DNA of 59,233 bases, filler included, from Sphacelaria rigidula (GCA_964200075.2; 6 parts of 6 records of this genome joined end to end with filler, not necessarily neighbours in it); one strand, 5' to 3'; numbered from the whole stretch's first letter, positions 24,867 through 37,650 are shown. Translations and numbers: made by a program. Notes: generated from the sequence alone by a model not told the origin.

Positions 24867-26474
24867 GGGCGTGTCTTGGCACATCATTTTTTCGATCGAA
24901 AATGTGCGGTGGAAACGGAGAACTCCGATCTGATAGGTTGTGACTTCAACTATCGTAGTTGATTTCGAAGATAGTTGAAATCACGACCTATCAGATCGGA
25001 ACTTTTGTTTTCCACCCCACGTCTTTGATCGAAAAATGATGTGCTACGGCCGTGCCTTGGGCTACTTATATACACAAAAGTACAAGTTGCTGAAAAGTGC
25101 ATTTTTGGTTCTCCTCCGTCGTTTTTCCCCCGAAAAGAGGGCTAGGCGGATGGGGACACTTGGAAATAACTTGTACTACCGGCTGAGAGGCCGTTCCAGA
25201 GCGTCTATGCGTTTTCCGTAGGACACAGTTCATTTTTGGCCAAACTTGCATTTTCGATAACAAACGGTCGAGTTACCAAGAAAATAGCAGTTTTTCCCTT
25301 GTCTTCATGACTCGACCGTTTGTTATTGAAAATGCATATTTGACCAAAAACCAAACTGTGACCTACGGAAAACGCACAGGTGGTCTGGAACGGTCTCAGC
25401 GAGTAGGGCAAGTCATTCCCAGGTGTCAACATCCACCTAGACCTCTTTTCGGGGGAAAACCGATGGAGGAGGACCAAAAACGCACTCTTCAACAAATTGT
25501 ATTTCTTCATACATAAGAAGTAGCCTTGGCACATTATTTTTCGACAAAAATGCGGTGGAAACGGAAAACTCCGATCTGATACACCGTGATTCCAACTTTT
25601 GTAGTATAGTTTGAAGATGGTGGAGATCATGACCTATCAGATCGGGTATTTGTTTTTCACCGCACTTTTCCGATCGAAAAATTGCGGTCGAATTATTTTC
25701 GGCCGATCTCATCCGTCCACCGCATTCATGTCCCTTGAAGACTTCAACTCCGAATTATGATTAGAGGCGCGCGGAGGAGAATTCATCGAGGTGAAAAAAC
25801 AATCGTTTTCGATCGAAAACATGCGGTCAAAAGGCACGAAGCGGCGCTTGACTCCTGTCTTACAGACCACCGCGCCAGATAACACCTGTTCATAGGACCA
25901 TGCAAACCCCATTCAACTCCTTCTCAGCCACCACCGCAACCCTGCAGCATAGAGCAAGAGTTGAGCACAGGGACAGATACACTACAGTAGATGGGTGTGC
26001 ATTGTTTATTTTCTGTTGGCGGAAACTTGCGCATCTTCTCTCATGGTAGGCATCAGCGACGGAACTGCGTGGTACGGTGGGCGACCGAGTTGCTTGCACG
26101 CTCATGCACAGTGCAGGCAGTACAAAGCTGCACGCTGCCGAAGGTCTTTTCACGTCGCATTGTAAGCAGAGAGAACTGTTAGTCTTGGGCTGTCTGCACT
26201 GCACGGTCCCCGCTTCTCTCTTGTATCCTCCTGCACGAAACACGCACACACGCACCCAAGACACCCTGTTTGCAAGAACTGCAGACAGTACAGACTGTCT
26301 GTACTGTACACGAGTGACCATGTGCCGTTTCACGATTGTCACTGTATAGCTTGAAAATCCATCTGGACCCATCTGGACCCAACCGCATCAAAACGAGGAA
26401 ATTTGAAAATTTCGCTCGAATCGATTCCACCGCCCCATTTTTTGGACCGAAAAAATAAGTACCAAGACACGCCC
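24867..26474. mobile_element. Nest of PIF/Harbinger-like non-autonomous elements
   Basis: Outer termini GGGCGTGTCTTGG (24867) and CCAAGACACGCCC (26474), flanked by TCA/TGA. Palindromic unit 24867-25044; second element starts 25048; internal sequence homologous to 40313-42826. Confidence 0.8.
25060..25525. mobile_element. Fold-back MITE (Tourist/Harbinger-like)
   Basis: ~215-bp inverted arms, termini GGCTACTT/AAGTAGCC, perfect 3-bp TSD TTG. Removing it restores GTGCCTTGGCACATTATTTTTTCGA, the host TIR. Confidence 0.9.
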
Positions 26475-26929
26475 TGATATGAATGCGACAAACAGTCAAT
26501 TAATCAATTCAATAGTCAATAGCTGAACGCTGGGCCCTACTTTTCATTACGATATCCGTTCTCTCGTAGTGTGGCTGCTGTCTCTTGTCCCCTCCCCCTC
26601 TCCTTTTTTACTGCCTCTGCGCCTTCTCCATCATTATGTGTGCTATGCCTAGCATTTGTCTGTAGTATTTTTATGTGCTGTTTCCTGGTGGCTCCTGTTT
26701 CCTTTACCGGTATGCCGCTGCACAGGTAAAGTTCCATGAGTTGAGATGTTGATGCTTTACTTTTGGCGTGGGGAATGTATCACCTTCAGCTTGCCATGCA
26801 GCCACATGCTCTTTAGGGACGAGCGTTCTCGTGAGGGAGAGCTCAGAAGTGTTTCGAATCTTTCGACCTCGAGTCTGACTGGAATTAAACAGTCCATCCA
26901 TCATTGAAAGACAGTTTGTTCATCTATGA

Positions 26930-29490
26930 TAGGGTTGTATATCAACTATTTTTAGGGGTTGATTTGATACTTGATTTCTTCTTCTAAATCGGCTTGATTT
27001 AATCATGATTAGTTAAATCAAGTGATCAACATCACGTCGATTAAATCAACTAACTTGATTAGTTGATTTTTTCAGGTAAAATTTAAGCAGCACACAAGCC
27101 AAAAATCGGCTGAATTTTGTCGTGTAACGATGTAGAGCACACGAGCACGCATACGCAAGCCCTCAGCAGCAGCACAGTAGTGCTGTGTTCAATACGCTAG
27201 CTCAACCTGCTGCATCGGTACTCAAGCACCCCTTCTCTCTGTGCTAACCGCTGTATTTTACTTCGAAGCACTCCCAAATATGAAACATGTACCCCTCAAA
27301 CCTCTCTGGCAAACAAAGAAACAAAAAAACGAAAGTACAGTACAGGCTGGGCCAGCCTACAAACAGATTTGTACTTTGCAGGCGAATTCGCATTTTTTTC
27401 TTGGAGTTGGAAAATGAAATTTGGTATGGACAATCAACAGTGCATGGAAAAAAGCTGTCTGTGAGGTCCCAACGATTTTTTTTCTTCTTTTTCGTGAATT
27501 AAGGGCAAAAATTAGTAGTAGTAGGGTTTAGTAAAATGCCCTTAACTCACGAAAGAAAAAAATCGTTGGGACCTCACAGATAGCTTTTCTTCATGCACTG
27601 TTGATTGTCCATACCAAATTTCATTTTCCAACTCCACGAAAATAATTGCGAATTTACATTTGAAAAACCGAGGCGGAGGACATTCGGAATAGTATTTTGC
27701 AGGCCGTTTATCGGCCCACGTTTGGTGTTTGTGGGTTGAAACTTTGTGCGGGACCTTGCTAGGTCGTGATGAACCAAGAAAATGGGTGAGGTTGGGTTTT
27801 ATTTTATTTTTTCACTGAGGGCATTTCGGTATGGTAACGATGAGTTTTTTACAAGAACGTCCGGACCTTTCATGAAAAAAAAAATGAAGGCCCATTTTTT
27901 TTACTCAGCATACCTCTGTCATTCTCCATGCCAAGTTTCAGATAACAATTCTAAAAATTGAGCTGAAAATTGAATCAAGACCCAAGAGCAATGTTCATTT
28001 CTCCTCAACCCCCCCCTGAAAACACGAAAAAAAGAGAAAAAACGAAAAAAATCTGGAAAAGCTGTGTTCTTTTTCGTCATGCACCAGCGGTTCTCCATAC
28101 CAAATTTCATAGCACAACTCTCAAAAACTGAGACGCGATATCCAGATTTAGGTCATCTAGTGCCTCTGCTTGTAATGTACTGATTTTAATATTGAACCTT
28201 ATGTGCACCATTTCTCGAGACAGATCACGAATTAGATGAAAGTGAGGGTATCTATCGTCTCCCCGTGTTCCAGGGAAGGTCCACACCAAAAATCGTCATC
28301 ATTCGCTTGATCGATCGTTCGAGGTTTCACATAGATTTTAATTTAATGTGGACGACATCTCCGCTAGGTACAGAAATTACTTTACATGGGGTTTACTCGA
28401 CGAGGGAAATTGGCCCAGATTTTTGAGCAGATGGGCACCTTCCCCTTGATCAGACGATTAATATGATATGCGGATCACGGCCCAACTCGTCTGTGTCCTT
28501 GAGATATCGCTTTTAGAGCATAAATCCGTTTTTAGGCTGGCCCAGCCTGTAGTACCTAGATTGCACTCGCGTGTAGATGAAGCTCCATTGTTGAATATTA
28601 GCAGCTCATATTATACATGACTCCGTATATATCATGTTGGGTTGTGGATGTGACTGACGAGAAAAAATATTGATGCAATGCGAGTATCACTACAAAACAC
28701 GTCATGCACGCGAATTTTCTCTCCCCCCCCCGCTCCCTGAAAGCAGTATACTTGAAGACACCCTCCCCCACCACAGTATACCACAGGTAAATATAAAAAC
28801 GTTTTCGTGAGATTGGGGGTAGAGCGCTGATTGAGAGTGGCTTTCATCGTGACAGCCTGGATCCGTTTTCGAGGTTCAACATTTGCGTGAGGTTCAACTC
28901 GAAAATAGTGCTTTCCCTGACCTGAAGTGATGATCAATGCATATAATATGGACGACCTCATGCCCCCCAACCTCCTCAAAACTGTTTTTGGGGGTTGCCC
29001 GTCTTTCGTGCCCCCAAAGGGTTTGTGCGAAAGCACCTTTATGCCTCGATATCTGGGCCAAGAAGGGGACGTTTTTAGCCCGAAATTGGGGTTGCCCTGG
29101 CGCTGGAGAGGGCTCTCCGGGGTGTCCGTATCGCCTACAGCACGTGATTTGCCCTTGCCCGCGCCCCTCGTTGTGTCAAGTTCCGTGTGACCCTCAGTAT
29201 GCTGCTGTGAGCTATGTGTTCGTTGCTGGCGTCTTTCCGGGAGTAGAGATGATGAGTAGATATGACCGTCCATTAATGGTTGCGCCGCAGGCGAAAAAAA
29301 AGTTACGACGCAAACGCCTCTTTTCTTCCTCGAAAAAATCAACTAATCATGATTAAATCAAGGTATTTTGACTTGGTTGATTCAAGTTGATTAGTTGACA
29401 ATCAACTCATCAGCGACGCGTCGATGTGATTGTTGATATAAATCAAATCAACTTTTAAATCAAAGTCAACCGTGATTTAATAGTTGATAC
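26930..29490. mobile_element. hAT-like non-autonomous element with AATCAA/TTGATT subterminal repeats
   Basis: Left end TAGGGTTGTATATCAACTATT, right AATAGTTGATA (partial TIR). Dense AATCAA/TTGATT clusters at 26940-27075 and 29335-29490. TSD not found. Confidence 0.55.
27343..28549. mobile_element. Tc1/mariner-like non-autonomous element nested in the hAT-like element
   Basis: 17-bp perfect TIR CAGGCTGGGCCAGCCTA / TAGGCTGGCCCAGCCTG, TA on both flanks; internal ~125-bp-arm hairpin at 27380-27655. Confidence 0.85.
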
Positions 29491-29569
29491 GAGCTGGTCC
29501 AGCTGTCAAGATAACATTTCCCGAGAACACCACAACTTCCCAGATTTACCGAATCAGTGCGACTTGAGC

Positions 29570-29669
29570 NNNNNNNNNNNNNNNNNNNNNNNNNNNNNNN
29601 NNNNNNNNNNNNNTTAATTAATTAANNNNNNNNNNNNNNNNNNNNNNNNNNNNNNNNNNNNNNNNNNNN
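29570..29669. other. Artificial contig spacer
   Basis: Same 100-bp linker. Confidence 0.98.
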
Positions 29670-30219
29670 CTCATCCATATACTCTCGTCGAATTTCGTGT
29701 CATCGATCATCTCTACACTTCGGGGGGGGGGGGGGGGTACTCATTTTTTGCTCGCCCTAGTCGTTTGACAATTGACCATGCATCTTTCGAGACGCATCCT
29801 CTTCGGGGGAAAGTATTGCCGAGTCTATCCGTACTTCACACCAACCATGTTTGGGTATACAGCTTGGCCGTATTTTCGGGAGACACGTCCGACGACTTGG
29901 TGCTCTTATACAATGTGCGTGTGTTCCTGTCACACTGAAACATGGTTACAGAGAGCCGTCGCGACCCTGTGCTTGCTCACAAGTACACCAACGACTCGAC
30001 AGGACGGAAGGTTGCAAGTTGAACCCCCGATGGATACGGATTGCGTTTAGCACAATCTGGTCCATGTCTACGAAAGCGTAAGGAGGAGTTGTTTTTTCGT
30101 CCTACATGCAAGCCCTACCCCTCCTCGGAACAAGTCCATAGTCTCAACGGAGCCAAAAATCTATACCAGGAGTCCTGCATTATCGTGCACCCTCCATTTG
30201 GGACGCCATATGCACTTGA

Positions 30220-30500
30220 GATGCTCATCTGGGATATCCGATCCATCTAGCATATGAAGATTCATCTGGAATATTTTACCGGGATTTTCACCTGGGGTGC
30301 CCACCCCGGATGTCCACGTAGGATATCACATCCATCTGGGATGTCTACTTCAACCCAAAATTATCATGCGCTGCCTGTTGTTTGTTTCCAGGTCCGAAAC
30401 GGGCATTCGCCGTGATATTCGGGTCTTTGACGTGGACATTTCCGCGGGAGTTCCTAAATTGTTTGCAAACTCATCACAGACGTGATGTACAGGGTACCCC
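30220..30500. repeat. GGATAT/GGATGT-motif-rich degenerate repeat
   Basis: Clustered GGATATC, GGATGTC and ATCCATCT motifs; a similar cluster lies at 37225-37465. Confidence 0.5.
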
Positions 30501-31029
30501 CCGCTGGCAATACTTTTTTCATTCGCCGTTCTCTCAGCCGAGGGAAGTGATATTCAGGAGGGGTGGTATGCAGCAACTATAAACACCCCGGAACATTTGG
30601 CTCCTTGGCTTGCAACTTTAGCGATCTTCTCCATCGGTGTTCCTGAATGTATGGTTCTGCGTTGTCGCTGGGTTCCGGATGTGTTCGTCCCGCTGCTGCT
30701 TTATGGTTGTTGTTGTTAGTGTCGTTGTTCCGAGGGCATTTTGGACTTACTGGAAACGCCCAAAAAATGATATCGCCTTCCTGAAGAATATCAGCAACTT
30801 GATACTCTACACTAGTGCCGCATTCAGACTAAGAAGCACGGTCAGGAGACGTAATTCGGGTTTTTGGGTGGATCATACCTCTCCACGCATGGTATACGTC
30901 CGGGAAATACCTTCCAGACGCAATAATACAGGTGGCAGATCCCTCTGTTGCTTAGTATTGGCGGGAATTCTCGCTCCTCGGCGTCTACAGTAGTGGGCGG
31001 TCTAACTCTTCATTTTGTGGCATTTTGTG

Positions 31030-31390
31030 ATTTTTTCGGAATTGGCGATTTTCTTGGGCTCTTTACTTGTCACCGCATGTCACATTGGGGATCTGAAGAT
31101 ATTAGTATCTACTCCACATTTCTAGAAAAAAAATGATCTGTACTCAATACTGAGTGATTTACGGGCTGAACGGTCATCGGGGGTCCTGCCACGTTTCAGC
31201 CCAAATCCTTCCTCTCCGGTATTATGGGTCAATCGAGCTTGTCCCGATCATATTTATGAAGAAACTTACAGTTCATTTTTTTAAAATTCTGTGTACTCAT
31301 TGCACTAGAACCGAAAAACAGTGTTTCATGGCCAATAACACCCTCCTGATAAACGGGGTATTTACTCCTATCGCTCGATAGCACCAACTG
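31030..31390 (+). repeat. Interspersed repeat, homologous to 9420..9775
   Basis: Collinear shared blocks, as listed for 9420..9775. Confidence 0.85.
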
Positions 31391-31805
31391 AGACTGACTT
31401 GGGCACTGTGTTCAGAGGAAGATCAGTTTATTGTGCCAAAAGTTACTACGCAAGCAATTTCGAGTTCTATCGAAGAGCAGTACGCGAGGAAAACCCCAAA
31501 TCACCCCTGAATAGTTTGACCGCCCACTACTGTAGGTATACACCGGAATATCCTTTCAAACCGATAATATAAAAAATAAGAAAATGCAATTACCCGCATA
31601 TAAAACAGTTATAGCGGTTAATATTGGCGTCAAATCGCTCCCCTGCAGACAGGTATTACTTCACTGTAAACCTCTTCTCACAGACTAGTATTCCGCCTTC
31701 ATTTGATTTTAGAGTATATCCTTGGGGGTCATTTCGTTGTCTGAAGCATTGAGAGGCCGGCAGCTCGTCTTCACTTGATTCTAGAGTACACATTTTCGCT
31801 GATAC

Positions 31806-31887
31806 CTCTTCGCTTGCGTGTCGCTGGACATTAGGGTGCGTTCTGTTCTGCTTGGGTTTGGAGTACATCTGCTTTCCGCACCTTGTT
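31806..31887 (-). CDS. NTPase-DEP protein, exon G (tentative)
   Basis: CTAAC branch point, GCAG acceptor, phase-compatible open frame EQGAESRCTPNPSRTERTLMSSDTQAK, AG|GTATCA donor; no motif support. Confidence 0.4.
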
Positions 31888-32164
31888 CTGCATGGCGTTA
31901 GGGCTGGCGTTGCGATGCGTTCCTTTTAATTCACGGTGTACACGTGTCAGTGGACGCTCCGACTAACAGGGGTACCATCATCCATCTCGGCCGCTCCTCA
32001 TTTGTGAAATCGACGTCGATTAAACTTGAAACTTGAATCGGCATCAGATCAATTTTACATTCAGAAGACACGAGATAAAACCATCACTTTCCATTGAACA
32101 CCGAGTCTTATTCTTGAGGTACGGCTCGTAGACCTTGAGCGCGTTTTGACCTCGCACACATGAC

Positions 32165-32262
32165 CTATCGTGTCAACTGTACTTCCCTTTTCCATGTTTC
32201 GGCACTGCTGCTGCAGCGCTGCTACTCCTTCGAGGTATACATGATAACTATGTTCATCAGGA
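32165..32262 (-). CDS. NTPase-DEP protein, exon F (probable)
   Basis: CCAG acceptor in phase 2 gives STFSPDEHSYHVYLEG (DEP C-terminal F.D...Y.F-like); G|GTCATG donor. Confidence 0.6.
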
Positions 32263-32802
32263 CTGGCCACATGCAGCGGGCGGCATTTATCTCAGCGGGT
32301 GCTGACACTTTGTGTACGTATGCTGTACGCGCGTCTAGACACAAGTCATCGTTTCTCATCGAATTCTGAACAGCTTTATGCAAGGTCACGAGCAACGTGC
32401 TTAGCTGATGAGCTGCTGCGGTTTTCCTTTCAAACTATGCCATGTGCAAGTACACAACGCACATATCTACCGCCGGCGCTCATGTATCGTGGCTGTCGAC
32501 TCACTGAACATGGCGGCAAAAGCCACCGAAACCCTTGCATATACGTAAACAACATGACGTTGTCAACGCCTGATAACTTTGATGATTTGTCGAATCCCTC
32601 GTAGGCACCACGGCTCCGTATGGTATTGTACGGTGTTAATTTCACACTCGAGGCAATTTAGAAGAAGTTCTAGCCGCGTGTTATATATTCTGGGGATAGG
32701 TATCGGGAACGGAACTTCCTCAGCATGCTGCTCTATGTCATGCTGAACGAACTTCCAGATGTAGAACCGTCTGCAGCTCTAATCCACTAGACGTAGACGT
32801 AC

Positions 32803-32966
32803 CTAAACGTACTCTTGGCATGCTCCATGAGCCCGAATTCCACAAGCCTCTGTCCGATAGCCACAGCCTCCGCCCGGCTACCGGCGACGTCTCGTGATAC
32901 CATCCAATCGACAGCCTCCTTACCAACAAAGGCGTTCTTGAAAACTGTGCACCCGTAATCCCGGTC
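32803..32966 (-). CDS. NTPase-DEP protein, exon E (DEP domain core)
   Basis: ACAG acceptor and GTACGT donor; DRDYGCTVFKNAFVGKEAVDWMVSRDVAGSRAEAVAIGQRLVEFGLMEH matches the DEP pattern DR.Y....Y.N.FVG.E.VDW...SR.EAV..GQ.L...G.I.H. Confidence 0.9.
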
Positions 32967-33931
32967 CTGTGCCACACAAGCATCACAATTACCGGAAACA
33001 ACTTACCTGGATACTGTCGGGAGGTCGTCAACGGCACAAGGTGAGTCGAAAACTTTCGAGAGTCGAGAGGCAACAAGTACTGCCAGAAAGCAGGCACTTT
33101 GAAAACCGTAATATTTTTGGCATATCAGTACGAGCTGGGCCAGCCAAGATTACGTGTGAATCTCGCTCAGGCGACGCACGGCGCGATATCAGGGGTTGGA
33201 CCCTGAAATTTTGACAGCAGCTTTTCATTATCGGAATGCTGAAGATCACGGGTCCAGCAAGTAAACAAATAAAATAAGAAGTTATGGGCATTTGAAATTT
33301 CAGCAGAAACAAGATAATGCCGTAAGTAGAGGGAAAAAAGGAGAATCTGCAGCTGGACACGTGAAGTATTAGTCCCTTGGGCGCAGAAGGTCTTCCTGAA
33401 ATTTCAGCTCAAGACTCGTCGAATTGGGCCGTAGGTTCAACATTTTCCGTGACGCTGCTGCACCCCTATAAATCAAGTGATGGGAGACTGCAATTTTGGA
33501 GCCATGAGTTCGAATCCCAACAGATTCTCTTTTTTTTCGTCCGTCGTTAAGGTCATACATTATGTAGTACATTTTTTTTCATTTTTTTTCATTCAGCGGC
33601 GGTGCCGTGTGTCACCAGGCTGGTCTACACTTCACGGTGATATGCTTACATCGGGTCTATTCGGGAAACTGGGGAAGCTATGGTGTTAGCAAGTTTCAGC
33701 AGCTTTTAAGCTGGCCCAGCTCGTACTGTGTGGCGCTCTTGTCGTGTTCCCCAGAGAATAATCCCCGAATATCGGGATCCTGGGTTCTCTTCCCCCATCG
33801 CATATCGTTCGCTATGCGTTGAAAACATGTGATTTTGTATGTCGTGCGGGCCGCAGTCATGATTAGAAAGGCGTGTTATGCGTTCATATACATATATGTA
33901 TATATTATGTCAAAATTGAACTTCTGCTCAC

Positions 33932-34108
33932 CATGATCTCCAACTCTTGCTTCATCTCCAAGCACAAAATCTCAGCAGCTTCAATAGTCAGCCGGTCAGC
34001 ACTTTCGAACCTGAAACCGTCATGATCCTCTTCTCCGAATCGTCTGAAGCCATACGAAGCTTCGGCATGGCTCCACGATGTGTCATCTTTCGTGCAGCGG
34101 CTTCCACT
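33932..34108 (-). CDS. NTPase-DEP protein, exon D (start of DEP)
   Basis: TCAG acceptor and GTGAGC donor, 59 codons ending EILCLEMKQELEIM (DEP helix 1-like). Confidence 0.8.
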
Positions 34109-34420
34109 CTGAAGCAGGTGTGTCAAAATGCGATTTTACATCCAATTAAAAATCTATACATTTTCTGTACGTTTCTTTATTCAGACCCGCGGTCAATATA
34201 GAAAAAAAAAACGAGTAGAATGTAGGAGATGCACACGATTCGATCATGGTAGCACGCACAAGATTTGATTCTACTGTGAGGACTAAAATATCGTAGTTGG
34301 TATACGCTATACTCCGATTTGAAAAATGGTTTCCCATTGGTTGAAGGCACGCTAACAATCCTTGGCCTATCCTCGGAGCTGGTACGACGAAGGACTACCC
34401 ATCGGTCGAATCAGACTCAC

Positions 34421-34546
34421 CAAGCTGTTGGTGAAGCTTGCCGTCGAACGTCGGCGCCTTCTGCCCGACCCACCTATCGAAGCGTCTTTCGGCTTCTCAG
34501 ATACTGGCACTCGTAGGTATCGCACCAGCTCCAGATATCGTTGGGC
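34421..34546 (-). CDS. NTPase-DEP protein, exon C
   Basis: ATAG acceptor and GTGAGT donor, 42 open codons, phase 0/0: AQRYLELVRYLRVPV...ASFTNSL. Confidence 0.7.
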
Positions 34547-35244
34547 CTATTCATGGAATAATATACGGCGACTTCAATAAATAGTTAGGCAATCGTGGCA
34601 ATGAGAGGGAAGGGCGTGGGGAGAAATGCGAAATGTAAACTTATTTCGATTTGCTTTCATATTTGACATGTGTAGATATGTCGTTGGCCCTATAAAACAC
34701 GAGTTTATTCCAGCCGAAACTAGGTACGTTCTTCAACATGTCATGAGCGGCTTCGTCTCCTGGGGGTACGCACAAGTCGGCACTTGTAAGAGTCGTATCA
34801 GCTCAAGATATCAATTTTGGGTCCGAGAACTACCCGACAATTTGAAAATCAGTTGACAAGCTCGACGATGCTATTTCCGGCAATACCCCTTCCAAGTTTA
34901 GTGTAGCCAAACGCAGAGGGCGTTGTGGCGCCCTTTCCAGGATTAGCTGCGCAATATGGTAGCCCAACTGAAGCGCACCTTTCTAACTGGTGTGTAAACA
35001 CGGAGCTCGGCCTGCTGGAGCTATATATTGATATTTCAAAGCACCCTACAGGTACTTTTAGTGCTTGCTGGCTGCGGATATTCCGTGACAAATGATCAGG
35101 TGAAAACGTTTATATCATGGTGTCCAGTACACCACATATGCCTTGGCAAACCAATGAGTTAGGCATGAAAAATATCCCGATACTTGCGTACAGTATGTGG
35201 CATTTCCTGATATTTTCAATGTCATATATTCTGGGTCATCATAC

Positions 35245-35379
35245 CTCAGCAGGCATTGCTTCGGAAAAATCCTCCATGTTTATATTTCCTCTGCGATCAG
35301 GTTGCACGATCAGCGCTATGAGAGACCTTATCAGCTCCGAAAGCACATAGTATGGTGTTGACTGCTCCAGATGGGCCGC
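35245..35379 (-). CDS. NTPase-DEP protein, exon B
   Basis: GCAG acceptor and GTATGA donor; AAHLEQSTPYYVLSELIRSL (E.STPY motif typical after Walker A in ADCY10/AAA_16-type STANDs). Confidence 0.8.
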
Positions 35380-36653
35380 CTGCTTGGTATGCAAAAAGCA
35401 AGCACATTTTAGTCTCTTGAAAAAGAATAGAGAGCGAATCCGCTGCGCAAGGGTGTCATTCTGTTTCACCCGACTTTCAGGTTGGTTTTGCTGTTGACGG
35501 GGTGTAAGCAAAATGCGAACTTGTTCAGACAGAACAACGAAGAGCAACCACGTGTTTACTCTCCTCTGGGGAACGTCCGTCTGTCCATACATGCGTAGAC
35601 CTACGGCTATCGCGGTGTATCATGGGTTGTAGGGTGTTGAAACTATTTTTGTAAACCAAACAGAATGCCCAAAGCACCCACGGTTATGGTCTGTGCGGAA
35701 TTTCTAGCTAACTCGACATTGTTGACTATCCTGTGTTCATAGAAACACTGCGTAAATCAAACCGTCCGATAACGAATAACAGTACTATACAGATTTTCCA
35801 GGCTCGCTTGCAATATTGTTCGCCTCCAGATTCTGGGTAGTTGATAGCTGGAAGTGCGCTCAAATACCCTATGTCTCCAGCACTGGTTTTCATCTTGTCC
35901 GTCACTGGTAAATTCTGGCTCACTACTTGCGTTCACTAGAGAAGAAGGGGAGAAAAAAGCACTTTGGGCGCTATCTTGAAGACAGCAAAGCACTCGGGTG
36001 GTGCCTGTGTACAGGCAGCTAACTCACGATCATTTTATGCCGCGTTACGAGTCGTATCTCAATGAAGGTTTGATTCACTGCCTTCAACACGTATTCCGTC
36101 GGTCAACTGTATATCCGACTTCGCATAGCGTGTCATTGCCATCTTGGCGCTAGACGCAACTGCGAAACCATCACAGCAACACCAAAAATATCTAGAAATC
36201 ATACATCGAATTGCCTGATTCAAAGCATCCCCAAAGCACATAGCTTCACACCGAACAGAAGCAAAATTCGGGGCGTATAGACACAATTGCAAGCGTTTCA
36301 CGAGAGTAAATCGCCAATATCCTAGAGCATAAACCTTCCTGATGAATCCATACCCCATCTACTGACTGTGCGGAAAACTGCGTTCTGTGACGGCAAGCAG
36401 GCTGCCTCCACCAAGTAACTGTCGAGCAGGTGAACAACGAATGAGCTATGACCACACTCCTCCCCTGCACCTCAAATTTTGGTGCGACAGTCGCACTGTT
36501 TCTCACCCACATCCATTTATGTTCTTTCGATTCCGGCCCTGATGCACGTTCTGAGGATTTACCCCCCACTCCAAGAATAAAAATGTGAGGGAAAGGCAAC
36601 CGTATCGATCAAACCGAAATCATTCATAGTTGAACCCAACACCATCTCCATGC

Positions 36654-36848
36654 CTGTACTCTGACGACGCGAACATCTCGCTCATTCCTAGTCTCATTCT
36701 CCGAGTTATCTTCACCGTCCTCCTCCGAGTCATGATACGGCTGTCGGCAGAGCGCAGAAAGCAGCGTTGTCTTGCCGAGACCAGCATCCGCTTCCAAAAT
36801 TACGCAGCGCACAGCACCGCGGTTGCATTCATGCACCATGGCACGCAT
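36654..36848 (-). CDS. STAND/AAA_16-type NTPase-DEP protein, exon A (Walker A)
   Basis: TCAG acceptor; MRAMVHECNRGAVRCVILEADAGLGKTTLLSAL (hhhE.DAG.GKT P-loop). Ends at CAG|GCATGG, a GC donor needed for phase. Confidence 0.8.
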
Positions 36849-37224
36849 CTGAGTTTCGGAAATAGTTCGAGTTCGAGTTAATGGATAGAAGCCACCGACG
36901 GTCTTTCAGAATCAAGAAAAATCTATGATAGAGATTCATCGTGGATATGAATATCCATGTTGTGTCTTCATCTGGATGAGTCTTTCTACGATACCCCCCC
37001 CAAAACACAAGCCCATACCTCTCACAAAAAAAACGATCATACAGCGCCGGGTGTTTGGTTTCAGGCTGCATGAAGCGCCTTACGTGGGCGATATTGGCGA
37101 AACCGAGCCGAAGCGTGGGAATTCCCAGCTGCTCCTTGTGCTCGGCTTTTTTCATTTCGAATTACGTGTAGATTTTGCCTCCCCAAACCAGCCACTTTGG
37201 GGGGGGCGGCTATCGTACAAAGTG

Positions 37225-37465
37225 TAGGATATGGATACGGACATCCATCGCAGGATATCCATGATGAACATTCATGGTGGACAGCCATATCCGTAATGGA
37301 TGTCACAGATGGATGTTCGTATTTGCATCTATCATGGATATCCCAGAGGGATGTCCACATCCATCATGCATATCCTAAAAATGTGTTTGGTCCATCACGG
37401 GTATTCTGAATGGATATATTAACCATGATGAATATCTATCCATATTCATGATGGATATCTACACA
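37225..37465. repeat. GGATAT/ATATCC-motif-rich degenerate repeat
   Basis: Many GGATAT, GGATGT and CATCCAT motifs in both orientations. Confidence 0.55.
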
Positions 37466-37599
37466 TCATGGGTACTATACCCACCACAGGTATTCCACGA
37501 TAGTACACGCGACTGCTCAATTTGTGGTCGTTGTTTGCACGATAGTGTTGAAAATGATACCACTATATTGTAGAGGTACATAGTATAAAGCATTACTAT

Positions 37600-37650
37600 G
37601 CATCGTCATCGTCGTCGTCGTCGTCATCGTCATCATCATCATCGTCACTA
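37600..37650. repeat. (CAT/CGT)n microsatellite
   Basis: Compound trinucleotide run. Confidence 0.85.

Noticed and set aside
28632..29342. 236-aa minus ORF as a transposase
   Set aside because: No hAT, BED or DDE motifs; it starts within subterminal repeats.
30750..30944. Further exons of the NTPase-DEP gene
   Set aside because: Splice-like signals are present, but frame and phase are ambiguous and no Walker B motif was recognised.
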